Of a stretch of 64,000 nt of DNA, positions 33,407 to 43,664 are shown piece after piece. The notes beneath the pieces were generated by a model, which saw only the letters and a program-made list of their open reading frames with translations, did not search any database and was not told the DNA's origin. The translations under genes were made by a program, and so were the position numbers. The stretch's first letter is position 1, and each line of letters starts with the position of its first letter. Origin of the DNA: TPA_inf: Saccharomyces (Eukaryota); NCBI GenBank assembly GCA_000146045.2, contig BK006936.2, forward strand, positions 749,185-813,184, in the 5' to 3' direction.

Positions 33407-34372
33407 ATGCCAGAGCAAGAACTACTTATAGGGCAAGAAATGAATACACTTCATGCAGGTTCATCTACTGATGGCATAAATGTCGGAAACGCAGGACGAA
33501 CTAGAGACACACAAACTGGCGTAGAAGGGGAAACGGAAATAGGGTCTGACGAGGAAGATAGCATAGAGGACGAGGGAAGCAGCAGTGGAGGAAATAGTAC
33601 GACAGAAAGACTAGTACCACACCAGCTGAGGGAACAAGCAGCCAGACATATAGGAAAAATAGGAAGACATTTTAATATTCTTGATAGACTTTTTAAGAAA
33701 CGTACACAACAGTCTTCGGATATACAACAAGGTGCCATGTTTGATGGTGTCTTTAGCAATTTAAGCGCAAAACCAGATACCACAGAGACTGAAGGTAATA
33801 ACGAACAAGACATACCACCTACATACGACGAAGCTGCTGCTGATATGGCCCCCTCGTATTATGGAATGGATTTGAACAATTCAGATATCTACTACGACGA
33901 AATATGCATTGAGGGGCTTCCTGTAGGAAATATAGCAAATTTATTATGGAATATCATCGTAAGCACGAGTTTTCAGTTCATTGGATTTTTAATAACCTAC
34001 ATTTTACACACATCTCACGCAGCAAAGCAAGGTTCAAGGTTTGGATTAGGGTTAACGTTCATTGGATATGGTTATTCAATGATTCCCAATGATGTTACTT
34101 CAAAAGTCGGCAAAAATAAAAGCTTAAATAGAATGGAATTAGAGGATCCAAATGAATTCGATGATGTTCGTCTAAATTCACAATCAACGACACAAGATAA
34201 ATTTGAATCACATTTGAATCACGGTCTGGATGAAGAAAAACAAAACATACCATGGTTGGCTGTTTTTGTGGCATTTCTTGGGCTATTTATCACCCTGAAG
34301 AGTATATACGACTACATTCAAGTCAAAAAATTGGAAAAGAAATACCTCAACCAAAGTCAAAATCAAGCATAA
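33407..34372 (+). CDS. BSD2: ER/vacuolar membrane adaptor for metal-transporter downregulation, 321 aa
   Basis: ATG at 33407. Acidic N-terminal part, PPxY-like PPTY motif, C-terminal TM segments. Matches YBR290W. Confidence 0.85.
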   Translation: MPEQELLIGQEMNTLHAGSSTDGINVGNAGRTRDTQTGVEGETEIGSDEEDSIEDEGSSSGGNSTTERLVPHQLREQAARHIGKIGRHFNILDRLFKKRTQQSSDIQQGAMFDGVFSNLSAKPDTTETEGNNEQDIPPTYDEAAADMAPSYYGMDLNNSDIYYDEICIEGLPVGNIANLLWNIIVSTSFQFIGFLITYILHTSHAAKQGSRFGLGLTFIGYGYSMIPNDVTSKVGKNKSLNRMELEDPNEFDDVRLNSQSTTQDKFESHLNHGLDEEKQNIPWLAVFVAFLGLFITLKSIYDYIQVKKLEKKYLNQSQNQA

Positions 34373-34488
34373 GCCATCTTCTTCATTATGATAAAAAGAG
34401 ATATATAACTTTTTTAAGTGATCGGCTGGTAAATAGACTTATAACGAGTAGAAAACATTAGATGATATATTGTACACAATAATACATT

Positions 34489-35388
34489 TCAGGCTAGCAT
34501 AACTAAGACCTTTTCATAGATAGTGAAAACAATACCACCACTCAAGACCAATCTCCCAAGTCTAGGCGTAGCACCTTTCCAAAACGTCTTTAACCCTTCT
34601 TCTTTGAAAATGGTTGCAAAACAATTCATTGTAGAGGAGTATTTGGTGGAATCCAAACTTTGCATTCTTGTTTTCACAGTATCAAGGGGCATGGTGGAAT
34701 AGACCGTCACAATACCACTAAATGCACCCACTAAGAAGGTTAACCCGGATGATAAAGGTTTGTCTTTTGGCGAATCCGTATAATCTTGGATCAAGGTCTT
34801 AATCTTATTGTAACAACCCAATCTAACGGCTTGGTTTGCGGCCTGTCTCATGGAAACTGGCAAAACACCACGATAAAGACCAGAAAATCCTTTATCACGG
34901 ACTAATGATGAATAGTTTCGTACTACACCGCGCCCATTATTATGGTATTTTGGTGTAGCAGATTGTTTATCATCGATCAAAGCAGTTTTGATTGCTTCAA
35001 AAGGAGTCACTGCGGCAACACTTTCTAATAGTCCCGCACCTAACCCAGCTATCACCCCTCTTGTACCACTTAGTTCTCCAGTTTCACTATCTCTTAGCAT
35101 GTCTTTAATGGTATCAAAGCCAAGAAATCTAATACCCGCCTTAGCGGTGTTTCCAATAATAAATGCGGGACATCCGACATAAATGGAACCAATGCCCTGA
35201 GTTTTTGCAGTTTTATATATCAATACCAGAGGATTTCTTGATGCCTTGGAGGCCTTATCAATCAGCTGCAGCCTTGTTTTGGCAAACTCAAAAGGATATG
35301 TTATACATGCTTCAGCAGCACCGGCTAGGGACCCTGCCAGAAACGAGTGCAATGGATCTACGTCACTTTTGGTAGCTTTACTGGACAT
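34489..35388 (-). CDS. CTP1: Mitochondrial citrate/tricarboxylate carrier (mitochondrial carrier family), 299 aa
   Basis: ATG (complement 35386-35388). Three mitochondrial-carrier repeats with PxD/ExxK/R signatures. Matches YBR291C. Confidence 0.9.
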   Translation of the reverse strand: MSSKATKSDVDPLHSFLAGSLAGAAEACITYPFEFAKTRLQLIDKASKASRNPLVLIYKTAKTQGIGSIYVGCPAFIIGNTAKAGIRFLGFDTIKDMLRDSETGELSGTRGVIAGLGAGLLESVAAVTPFEAIKTALIDDKQSATPKYHNNGRGVVRNYSSLVRDKGFSGLYRGVLPVSMRQAANQAVRLGCYNKIKTLIQDYTDSPKDKPLSSGLTFLVGAFSGIVTVYSTMPLDTVKTRMQSLDSTKYSSTMNCFATIFKEEGLKTFWKGATPRLGRLVLSGGIVFTIYEKVLVMLA

Positions 35389-35517
35389 CGGTAAAATGCT
35401 AATTTATAATTCAAGCTCTACTTTGGAGTTCTTTCATTGTGACATCAAAATGTTTTTAATTTTACGTTGGCTTCGACATTTTACGTTTTATATATCACGC
35501 TAAAGTGAGACTAAATT

Positions 35518-35889
35518 TCATTGTTCTTCTTTTTTTTTTTTTTCACTTCTAATAATTGAAAATTCCGCAGGAATTCTTCCATATTCTTGACTCTTCAGTA
35601 AGACTAACTTAATGGAAATAGAGAAAATAGTACATATTTGAAAAAAAAAAAAGAGGTGTTGAAATGATTTGAGAATATTAAATAGCTTACAAGCGTTAGC
35701 CGAGTTCCCAGACAGCAGAGTTTCTACCCTGTGCTCTTTGTTGGCGGCTTTATTGATGAGGAATATAAAAATGTAATTAGGCAAACCTACGCGCGAAAAT
35801 ATAAGAAGCAAAGATATAAAGTGTAGTATATTTGAATATTTACATGAACGAAACGGCGACGTATAATGGTAATCGGCTGGGAACTTCAT
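35518..35889 (-). CDS. Dubious 123-aa ORF in the long CTP1-VBA2 intergenic region (probably YBR292C). Unlikely to encode a protein.
   Basis: Low-complexity translation with no domain. Lies in an AT-rich promoter region containing long poly-T runs. Confidence 0.15.
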
Positions 35890-37821
35890 TAAAAAGTCAA
35901 GATGTAAGTTACCTCTTAGTAAGAAGAGTTATTGCAGCAAGCTTAGTATCAATAGGGAGACTCTGTCATGTAAAAAAATAAATGAACACAATCATAACCT
36001 CTTCGACTGGGCTATTCGTTGTATAGTATATGTGGTGGAGTGTAATGAATGAAGTTCTCAGAAGCTTGAAAGCATATCAAAATCACGTATTGACTATGAC
36101 AGATTCTTGTTTCTTGCTCCATTACTCCATTCGAGTTTTTCACAACTTTTGTCGTTCGTCTATAACATCTCTTTTTTTTCCCACTCTTCTAAAATATTGG
36201 CATAGCTGACATGTTTGGAACCGAATAAGCAATTACAATACGACAGTAAAATAAAAGCATGTTATTGCTGCTTGTAGAGAATTCCTGCATATGTAACTTT
36301 CTCATTCCGACGGGATAAGTTCATAAACTAATCAGCGATGAGTTGCGGAAAATTCGTCAATAGAATATTTTCCAGTCAGTGGTGGTCCCAGTGGCCTGCA
36401 ACCTAATGGCTATAGTTCTGGATAATAAATTGGGCAAAGGTCAGTATAAAGAATGAATGTATCAGGCCGTAATTGAAGCTTTCAAGTCCAGGTGAAAGGC
36501 CAAATCGACAATTAGCGAAAACAGGATTTTTTTACCAACTTGAAATAGTGACTGCTGTCTTTTTGCCTGATTAAGTGGTTATATATTTCAACTAATATCA
36601 CAACAAAAGGCCTCTCAAAATTTGTGGCGAAGTGTACATCCTGGGTGCTCAGGTAAGCGTCGTCTTCGTATTTTTTTTTTTTCAACAGTAGTTTGGAAAT
36701 AATGCTCTTCGAGGAATGCGAGCGGAAATGTTATCCACTGTATAAGTCGATATTTTAAGGGACGCTAAATATATCATCATAGCTCGTCTATTGGTGGCTT
36801 CTCCAATTGCACTTTCAATGCATTATGGTAAAGTGTGGTGATAAGGCATAGTGATGTTTACAGAGGTCTGTTGGTTTCTCTGGGCTCGCTCATCATCCGA
36901 CCAGTAACCTTGTGGGGTTTCACATATTGTTCTATGCATTATTATCACGGATTTGTGCCTGCAAATGCTGTTTCTTTGGCTTTTCTTTCTAAAAAAATTA
37001 TGATATATATATTGTTCCTCCTTGTTTAACAGGCTTTACGGTATTGTGGATCCTAGTAATAGGCGTACTTTTCTTCATTTACATATTTGAACAATATATG
37101 TCTCACAAGTAGTTGACCGAATAGCGTTACGTAAGGGTCAAAAACCTTTTCAGAATTGTATATATGACATTTTTAGAACATGATATAATAAACAGAATAT
37201 AAAAGAAAATAGAGACGACGTACCATGGCATGAAGAATTGTACTGATATCACATTGTGTTGAGCACTGATAGATTAATACTATATTTCTGCTAGGTGCGG
37301 GGGGTAACATGTCCTAATGTGTGGCAACCACATTCTAAGGCTCGGTAAGTGATGCGATATATGTGCATGTGTGGCTTTCTTCCTAATTTGCTATTAGATG
37401 ATTGTGTGCAAATCCACAGAAATATACAATTTCGAGAATATATATACTAGTTATCGTTATAAGAACACACAGTATTGGCCAATTCTTGCCTCTGAATGGT
37501 ACAAAATGCTTTAAAATGTAGTAAATGAAACATTAATTCCAAATCAGATTTTTTTTCGCAATGCTTAAATCTAGTAAACACAAAGTACTACCGAAAAGCA
37601 AGGATGGAAACTATGGCAGTATTGAAGAGACTGAAATTCCTTCTGTCGACTACAGTGAAGACTTAGATGAGGACTTGGACAAAGGCGAAGATATAGCGCT
37701 TTCAAGAATCCCAAATTGATGGATTATTGAAGCTACTCTTTTTTCTAATGTCTTTTTGTCCGGTTTTGACGGAACCGTTACAGCTTCGACGTACCAAACG
37801 ATTGGTAACGAATTTAATCAG

Positions 37822-39246
37822 ATGAGTATTTCAAATTGGATCACCACTGCGTATTTAATTACATCAACATCTTTTCAACCTCTTTATGGGTCATTTTCTG
37901 ATGCACTTGGTCGAAGAAACTGCCTTTTCTTTGCTAATGGGGCTTTTACCATTGGATGTCTAGCCTGTGGTTTCTCGAAAAACATCTACATGCTTAGTTT
38001 TATGAGAGCATTGACAGGCATAGGAGGTGGTGGCTTGATCACACTTTCTACAATCGTAAATTCAGACGTTATTCCAAGTTCGAAAAGAGGAATTTTTCAA
38101 GCGTTTCAGAATTTACTTTTGGGATTTGGTGCCATATGTGGAGCGTCTTTCGGTGGCACAATAGCGTCGAGCATTGGTTGGAGGTGGTGTTTTCTCATCC
38201 AAGTACCCATATCTGTGATTAGTTCCATATTAATGAATTATTATGTACCTAATCAGAAAGAATATAATCGTCAAAATTCTAGCATATTCCAAAATCCCGG
38301 AAAAATACTCAGGGACATAGATGTTATGGGCTCAATTCTTATTATAACTGGTCTCACACTACAGCTTCTTTACCTGAGCCTGGGGTGTTCTACTTCTAAA
38401 TTATCATGGACCAGCCCTTCTGTGCTACTGCTATTAGTTGGGAGTGTAATAATCCTCTTACTGTTCATATTGCACGAAAGGAAAACAAGTGCTAGAGCGA
38501 TTATTCCTATGGAGCTGGTCAATTCCTCCTACAGTGTCGTTGTACTTTCGATAAGTATACTTGTTGGTTTTGCCAGCTACGCGTATCTTTTTACTTTACC
38601 ATTATTCTTTCAGATTGTACTTGGAGATTCCACTGCAAAAGCAGGATTACGTCTTACGATTCCTTCCCTATTTACTCCGGTAGGCAGTCTCATAACAGGA
38701 TTTTCCATGAGCAAGTACAACTGTCTAAGATTATTACTCTACATTGGTATTTCTTTGATGTTTTTGGGTAACTTTTTATTCCTGTTTATTGAAAAAACTT
38801 CTCCGAACTGGTTGATTGGTCTATTTTTGATACCTGCAAATCTAGGACAAGGTATCACTTTTCCTACGACCTTGTTTACTTTCATATTTATGTTCTCTAA
38901 GAGTGACCAAGCTACTGCGACATCAACTTTATATTTATTCCGTAGTATTGGATCTGTATGGGGTGTTGCAATTTCAGCTGGCGTCATTCAATTATCTTTC
39001 GCAGGTTTATTGCGTAGTAATTTGAAAGGTCTACTGGATGAAAACAAGATAAAGAAACTTATTGTTCAGCTTAGTGCAAACTCCTCATATATTGGATCTT
39101 TACATGGCGAAGTTAAAAACACAGTCATAAAGAGTTTTGATGAGGCAACAAAGAGGGCTCATCTAATGTCTACATTACTCTCTTCATTGGCCCTGATACT
39201 CTGCATCCTTAAAGACAATCTGGCGAAACCTAAAACAAGAAGATAA
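37822..39246 (+). CDS. VBA2: Vacuolar basic amino acid transporter (MFS, DHA2-like), annotated form 474 aa. An in-frame upstream ATG ORF (37561-37719) and TM1-like segment (37720-37821) are separated from it only by a TGA.
   Basis: Track ORF begins at a TTG (37756). The first ATG (37822, MSISNW) gives 474 aa = YBR293W. It carries the MFS motif-A-like GSFSDALGRRN. See findings for the N-terminal anomaly. Confidence 0.8.
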   Translation: MSISNWITTAYLITSTSFQPLYGSFSDALGRRNCLFFANGAFTIGCLACGFSKNIYMLSFMRALTGIGGGGLITLSTIVNSDVIPSSKRGIFQAFQNLLLGFGAICGASFGGTIASSIGWRWCFLIQVPISVISSILMNYYVPNQKEYNRQNSSIFQNPGKILRDIDVMGSILIITGLTLQLLYLSLGCSTSKLSWTSPSVLLLLVGSVIILLLFILHERKTSARAIIPMELVNSSYSVVVLSISILVGFASYAYLFTLPLFFQIVLGDSTAKAGLRLTIPSLFTPVGSLITGFSMSKYNCLRLLLYIGISLMFLGNFLFLFIEKTSPNWLIGLFLIPANLGQGITFPTTLFTFIFMFSKSDQATATSTLYLFRSIGSVWGVAISAGVIQLSFAGLLRSNLKGLLDENKIKKLIVQLSANSSYIGSLHGEVKNTVIKSFDEATKRAHLMSTLLSSLALILCILKDNLAKPKTRR

Positions 39247-40050
39247 ACAATATATACCTATGCCCTTGACCGACTCAATTGATACATTAACAGTATTGAA
39301 ACTAGATATTCTACTTGACACTAAACTTTTTTTGTATTTCGTGGAATTGCAACGTTTCTAATTGACCGACAGTGCTGAACTGTGAGCGAATGCAACTATC
39401 TCTATAGTTTTTTTATCCTCTGTAAACTTTAACTAAATACATACTACTTTCATAATCTGTGAATAAGATGTGGCTGTGATAACCTAAAATAGTCACAAAC
39501 CAATGAAAAAAGGCTTCAGAAAACTTGCTGTAAAGTCCCCCCACTTTTTTGTGTTACCGCCACCTCGAGTGCACTTTTTTTAATAAAGATCTCGTGTAAT
39601 TGTCCAAATCTGACTTTTTCTTATAGTCTCGCTGGAACCACAGTGCGGCTTTGCAATTTTGCAAATCGGAATTTGAGTCACAGATCCCAGAAAAACTCCA
39701 CACCTTCCCCACGCAGCAAGCGATAACGAACAAGTTGTCAAATTAGACCCATAATAATTTTGAACACTTCTACCTGTTCATGTCTTTTCTCGAACACTGT
39801 CATTTGAAATTATGCACTGTGAAAAAAAGAAACAAAGACCAAAAGAATAATATAAATAGTGAAGTAAAATGTGTTGTAATGCACATGGATCTTGTACTGC
39901 TCAAACTTAATATTTCTATTGTAGAAAAATTTTCGATTTAAAATTGTGAAACCGATTATATAAAAGTATATTAGCTGACATTAACGTCTCAAAACCAGGT
40001 CAATAGCTTTAAAAATAAAAATAAATCCCTGCAGAATACTCGGAAAGAAT

Positions 40051-42630
40051 ATGTCACGTAAGAGCTCGACTGAATATGTGCATAATCAGGAGGATGCTGA
40101 TATCGAAGTATTTGAATCAGAATACCGCACATATAGGGAATCTGAGGCGGCAGAAAACAGAGACGGACTTCACAATGGTGATGAGGAAAATTGGAAGGTT
40201 AATAGTAGTAAGCAGAAATTTGGGGTAACGAAAAATGAGCTATCAGATGTCCTGTACGATTCCATTCCAGCGTATGAAGAGAGCACAGTCACTTTGAAGG
40301 AGTACTATGATCATTCTATCAAAAACAATCTAACTGCGAAATCGGCAGGAAGTTACCTCGTATCTCTTTTTCCTATTATAAAATGGTTTCCTCATTATAA
40401 CTTTACGTGGGGCTATGCTGATTTAGTGGCAGGAATTACAGTTGGCTGCGTACTCGTGCCCCAATCTATGTCATACGCACAAATCGCTAGTTTATCTCCT
40501 GAATATGGTTTGTATTCCTCCTTTATTGGTGCGTTTATATATTCTTTGTTTGCCACATCGAAAGATGTTTGTATTGGTCCGGTCGCTGTAATGTCACTAC
40601 AAACTGCCAAAGTCATTGCTGAAGTTCTAAAAAAATATCCCGAAGACCAGACAGAAGTTACAGCTCCTATCATTGCAACTACCCTTTGTTTGCTTTGTGG
40701 GATTGTCGCCACTGGGTTGGGTATACTGCGTTTAGGCTTTTTAGTGGAACTTATTTCTCTAAATGCTGTTGCTGGCTTCATGACCGGTTCCGCATTTAAC
40801 ATCATCTGGGGTCAAATTCCGGCTCTCATGGGATACAACTCATTAGTGAATACCAGAGAAGCAACGTATAAGGTTGTAATTAACACTCTGAAACATTTAC
40901 CAAACACAAAGTTAGACGCCGTTTTTGGCTTGATTCCGTTGGTAATCCTCTATGTATGGAAATGGTGGTGTGGTACATTTGGTATAACTTTGGCAGATAG
41001 ATATTATCGAAATCAACCAAAGGTAGCAAATAGACTGAAATCCTTCTATTTCTATGCACAAGCTATGAGAAATGCCGTCGTCATAGTAGTTTTTACTGCC
41101 ATATCGTGGAGCATAACAAGAAACAAATCTTCAAAAGACCGTCCAATCAGTATTCTGGGTACAGTTCCCTCGGGCTTAAATGAGGTGGGAGTTATGAAAA
41201 TCCCAGACGGTCTGCTATCTAATATGAGTTCAGAAATACCTGCTTCAATTATCGTTCTGGTGTTAGAACACATCGCTATTTCAAAATCCTTTGGTAGAAT
41301 TAACGACTACAAGGTTGTCCCTGACCAAGAACTTATTGCGATTGGTGTGACAAATTTGATAGGGACATTTTTTCACTCATATCCAGCAACTGGGTCATTT
41401 TCCAGATCTGCTTTGAAAGCAAAATGTAACGTGCGCACTCCGTTTTCTGGGGTATTCACTGGCGGTTGCGTTCTATTAGCACTTTATTGTTTAACTGACG
41501 CCTTCTTTTTCATTCCTAAAGCGACACTATCGGCGGTTATTATTCATGCTGTTTCTGATTTGCTGACTTCTTACAAAACCACCTGGACCTTCTGGAAGAC
41601 CAACCCGTTAGATTGTATCTCATTTATCGTTACAGTGTTCATCACAGTATTTTCATCCATTGAAAATGGTATATATTTTGCAATGTGTTGGTCATGTGCA
41701 ATGTTACTATTGAAACAGGCTTTCCCTGCTGGTAAATTCCTTGGTCGTGTTGAGGTGGCAGAAGTATTGAACCCAACAGTACAAGAGGATATTGATGCTG
41801 TGATATCATCTAATGAATTACCTAATGAACTGAATAAACAGGTTAAGTCTACTGTTGAGGTTTTACCAGCCCCAGAGTATAAGTTTAGCGTAAAGTGGGT
41901 TCCGTTCGATCATGGATACTCAAGAGAATTGAATATCAATACCACAGTTCGGCCTCCTCCACCAGGTGTCATAGTCTATCGTTTGGGTGATAGCTTTACT
42001 TACGTGAACTGCTCAAGGCATTATGACATTATATTTGATCGTATTAAGGAAGAAACAAGGCGAGGCCAACTTATAACCTTAAGGAAAAAGTCAGACCGTC
42101 CATGGAATGATCCTGGTGAATGGAAAATGCCAGATTCTTTGAAATCACTATTTAAATTTAAACGTCATTCAGCAACAACGAATAGTGACCTACCGATATC
42201 GAATGGAAGCAGTAACGGAGAAACATATGAAAAGCCGCTACTGAAAGTCGTCTGCCTGGATTTTTCCCAAGTTGCTCAAGTGGATTCAACCGCTGTTCAA
42301 AGCCTGGTTGATCTGAGAAAAGCTGTGAATAGGTATGCGGATAGACAAGTCGAATTCCATTTTGCCGGAATTATATCTCCATGGATCAAAAGAAGTCTTT
42401 TGAGTGTTAAATTCGGAACTACAAATGAGGAATATAGTGACGACTCTATTATCGCTGGCCATTCTAGTTTTCACGTTGCAAAAGTTTTGAAGGATGATGT
42501 GGATTATACTGATGAAGACAGCCGTATAAGCACATCTTACAGTAACTATGAAACATTATGTGCTGCAACTGGGACAAATTTACCGTTTTTTCATATCGAT
42601 ATACCCGATTTTTCTAAATGGGACGTTTAG
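40051..42630 (+). CDS. SUL1: High-affinity sulfate permease (SulP/SLC26 family with C-terminal STAS domain), 859 aa
   Basis: ATG at 40051. Sulfate-transporter signature region and STAS-like C-terminus. Matches YBR294W. Confidence 0.9.
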   Translation: MSRKSSTEYVHNQEDADIEVFESEYRTYRESEAAENRDGLHNGDEENWKVNSSKQKFGVTKNELSDVLYDSIPAYEESTVTLKEYYDHSIKNNLTAKSAGSYLVSLFPIIKWFPHYNFTWGYADLVAGITVGCVLVPQSMSYAQIASLSPEYGLYSSFIGAFIYSLFATSKDVCIGPVAVMSLQTAKVIAEVLKKYPEDQTEVTAPIIATTLCLLCGIVATGLGILRLGFLVELISLNAVAGFMTGSAFNIIWGQIPALMGYNSLVNTREATYKVVINTLKHLPNTKLDAVFGLIPLVILYVWKWWCGTFGITLADRYYRNQPKVANRLKSFYFYAQAMRNAVVIVVFTAISWSITRNKSSKDRPISILGTVPSGLNEVGVMKIPDGLLSNMSSEIPASIIVLVLEHIAISKSFGRINDYKVVPDQELIAIGVTNLIGTFFHSYPATGSFSRSALKAKCNVRTPFSGVFTGGCVLLALYCLTDAFFFIPKATLSAVIIHAVSDLLTSYKTTWTFWKTNPLDCISFIVTVFITVFSSIENGIYFAMCWSCAMLLLKQAFPAGKFLGRVEVAEVLNPTVQEDIDAVISSNELPNELNKQVKSTVEVLPAPEYKFSVKWVPFDHGYSRELNINTTVRPPPPGVIVYRLGDSFTYVNCSRHYDIIFDRIKEETRRGQLITLRKKSDRPWNDPGEWKMPDSLKSLFKFKRHSATTNSDLPISNGSSNGETYEKPLLKVVCLDFSQVAQVDSTAVQSLVDLRKAVNRYADRQVEFHFAGIISPWIKRSLLSVKFGTTNEEYSDDSIIAGHSSFHVAKVLKDDVDYTDEDSRISTSYSNYETLCAATGTNLPFFHIDIPDFSKWDV

Positions 42631-43664
42631 TGTAGTAGATAGTAAGTACTTTAATTACCCCCCCTGTTTTTAGTTATACATGAAAAGATAATTGTGTTAT
42701 TAATGTAGATTACCATCAAATAGCTGGAATATTTATTATTTTGAGTATGTTGAATGGCGAAAGTAAAAATAAATTTTATAATTTCCTGAAAGCATTAGTA
42801 CACGAAAAGGGCCGTTTTCAGTAGTTTAAGGCGCTGAAAAGACATGGTCTAGAAGTTAACTTGAGCTTGAGCCTATTTTCTACAAATGTCCTTTGAAAAT
42901 ACAAAAATAAAAATAAAAATGCATTTAAGTATTAAGCTTATGCTAGATAGAGCAACATTTTCCTAATTTTTTTTGAATTTATTTCATGGTTTTTAGGCGG
43001 AAAGAGTTTGGACGGCTTGTCTCTCCTAATGTGGAAGAAATTATGTTTTGTTATGAATCTGAAAAGAAAAATACTATTTTAGCAATACAATGAATTTTAA
43101 AAAGTTACCCTGTACTTTAATCCTTCAATTAAAACACTTCTTAAAATAGTATATTTTGAAGATCATCGATATATATACAGAGGCAGTTTTGCAAGGCAGA
43201 TAACGTTATTGAGTTGTATGTAGGCTGTGTGATTTTAATCTCATAAATCAATAATGGAATAATTTTCTTATTGTTAATATCGATTTATATTTTCCAACAA
43301 TACAATGAAGTAAGTACTATTTCTATTTGGAAGGAATTCATTCCCCATTTTAGCTCCTCGAGCGGATGAATCCATCACTGTTTTGAAGAAAACCAACAAA
43401 GTGTCAAATAGTTGTCTTTTTGAAATTGGTTCTGAAGAGTTTTCGGAAAATGATCTGATAACAGGCCTTTCTAAAAATATAAGGTTGAACGAATGTATGG
43501 GTTAGGTAATCAAAATTTAGGCGCCAACAAGGAATTTTTCTTTAAAATCGCATGAAAAGCCTACACTTGGCATAAATAAGGTGCAATTATAAATATAAAA
43601 GCAAGATATTTTCGAGATGCTTCCAGGATTTATACAATGAAAGAGCCCAAAGCTGCTGATAACG

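Noticed and set aside
35479-35489. Perfect ARS consensus TTTTACGTTTT in the CTP1-VBA2 intergenic region as a replication origin
   Set aside because: A single 11-mer match is expected by chance about once per 64 kb in AT-rich yeast DNA, and no supporting B elements were identified. Kept only as a low-interest note.
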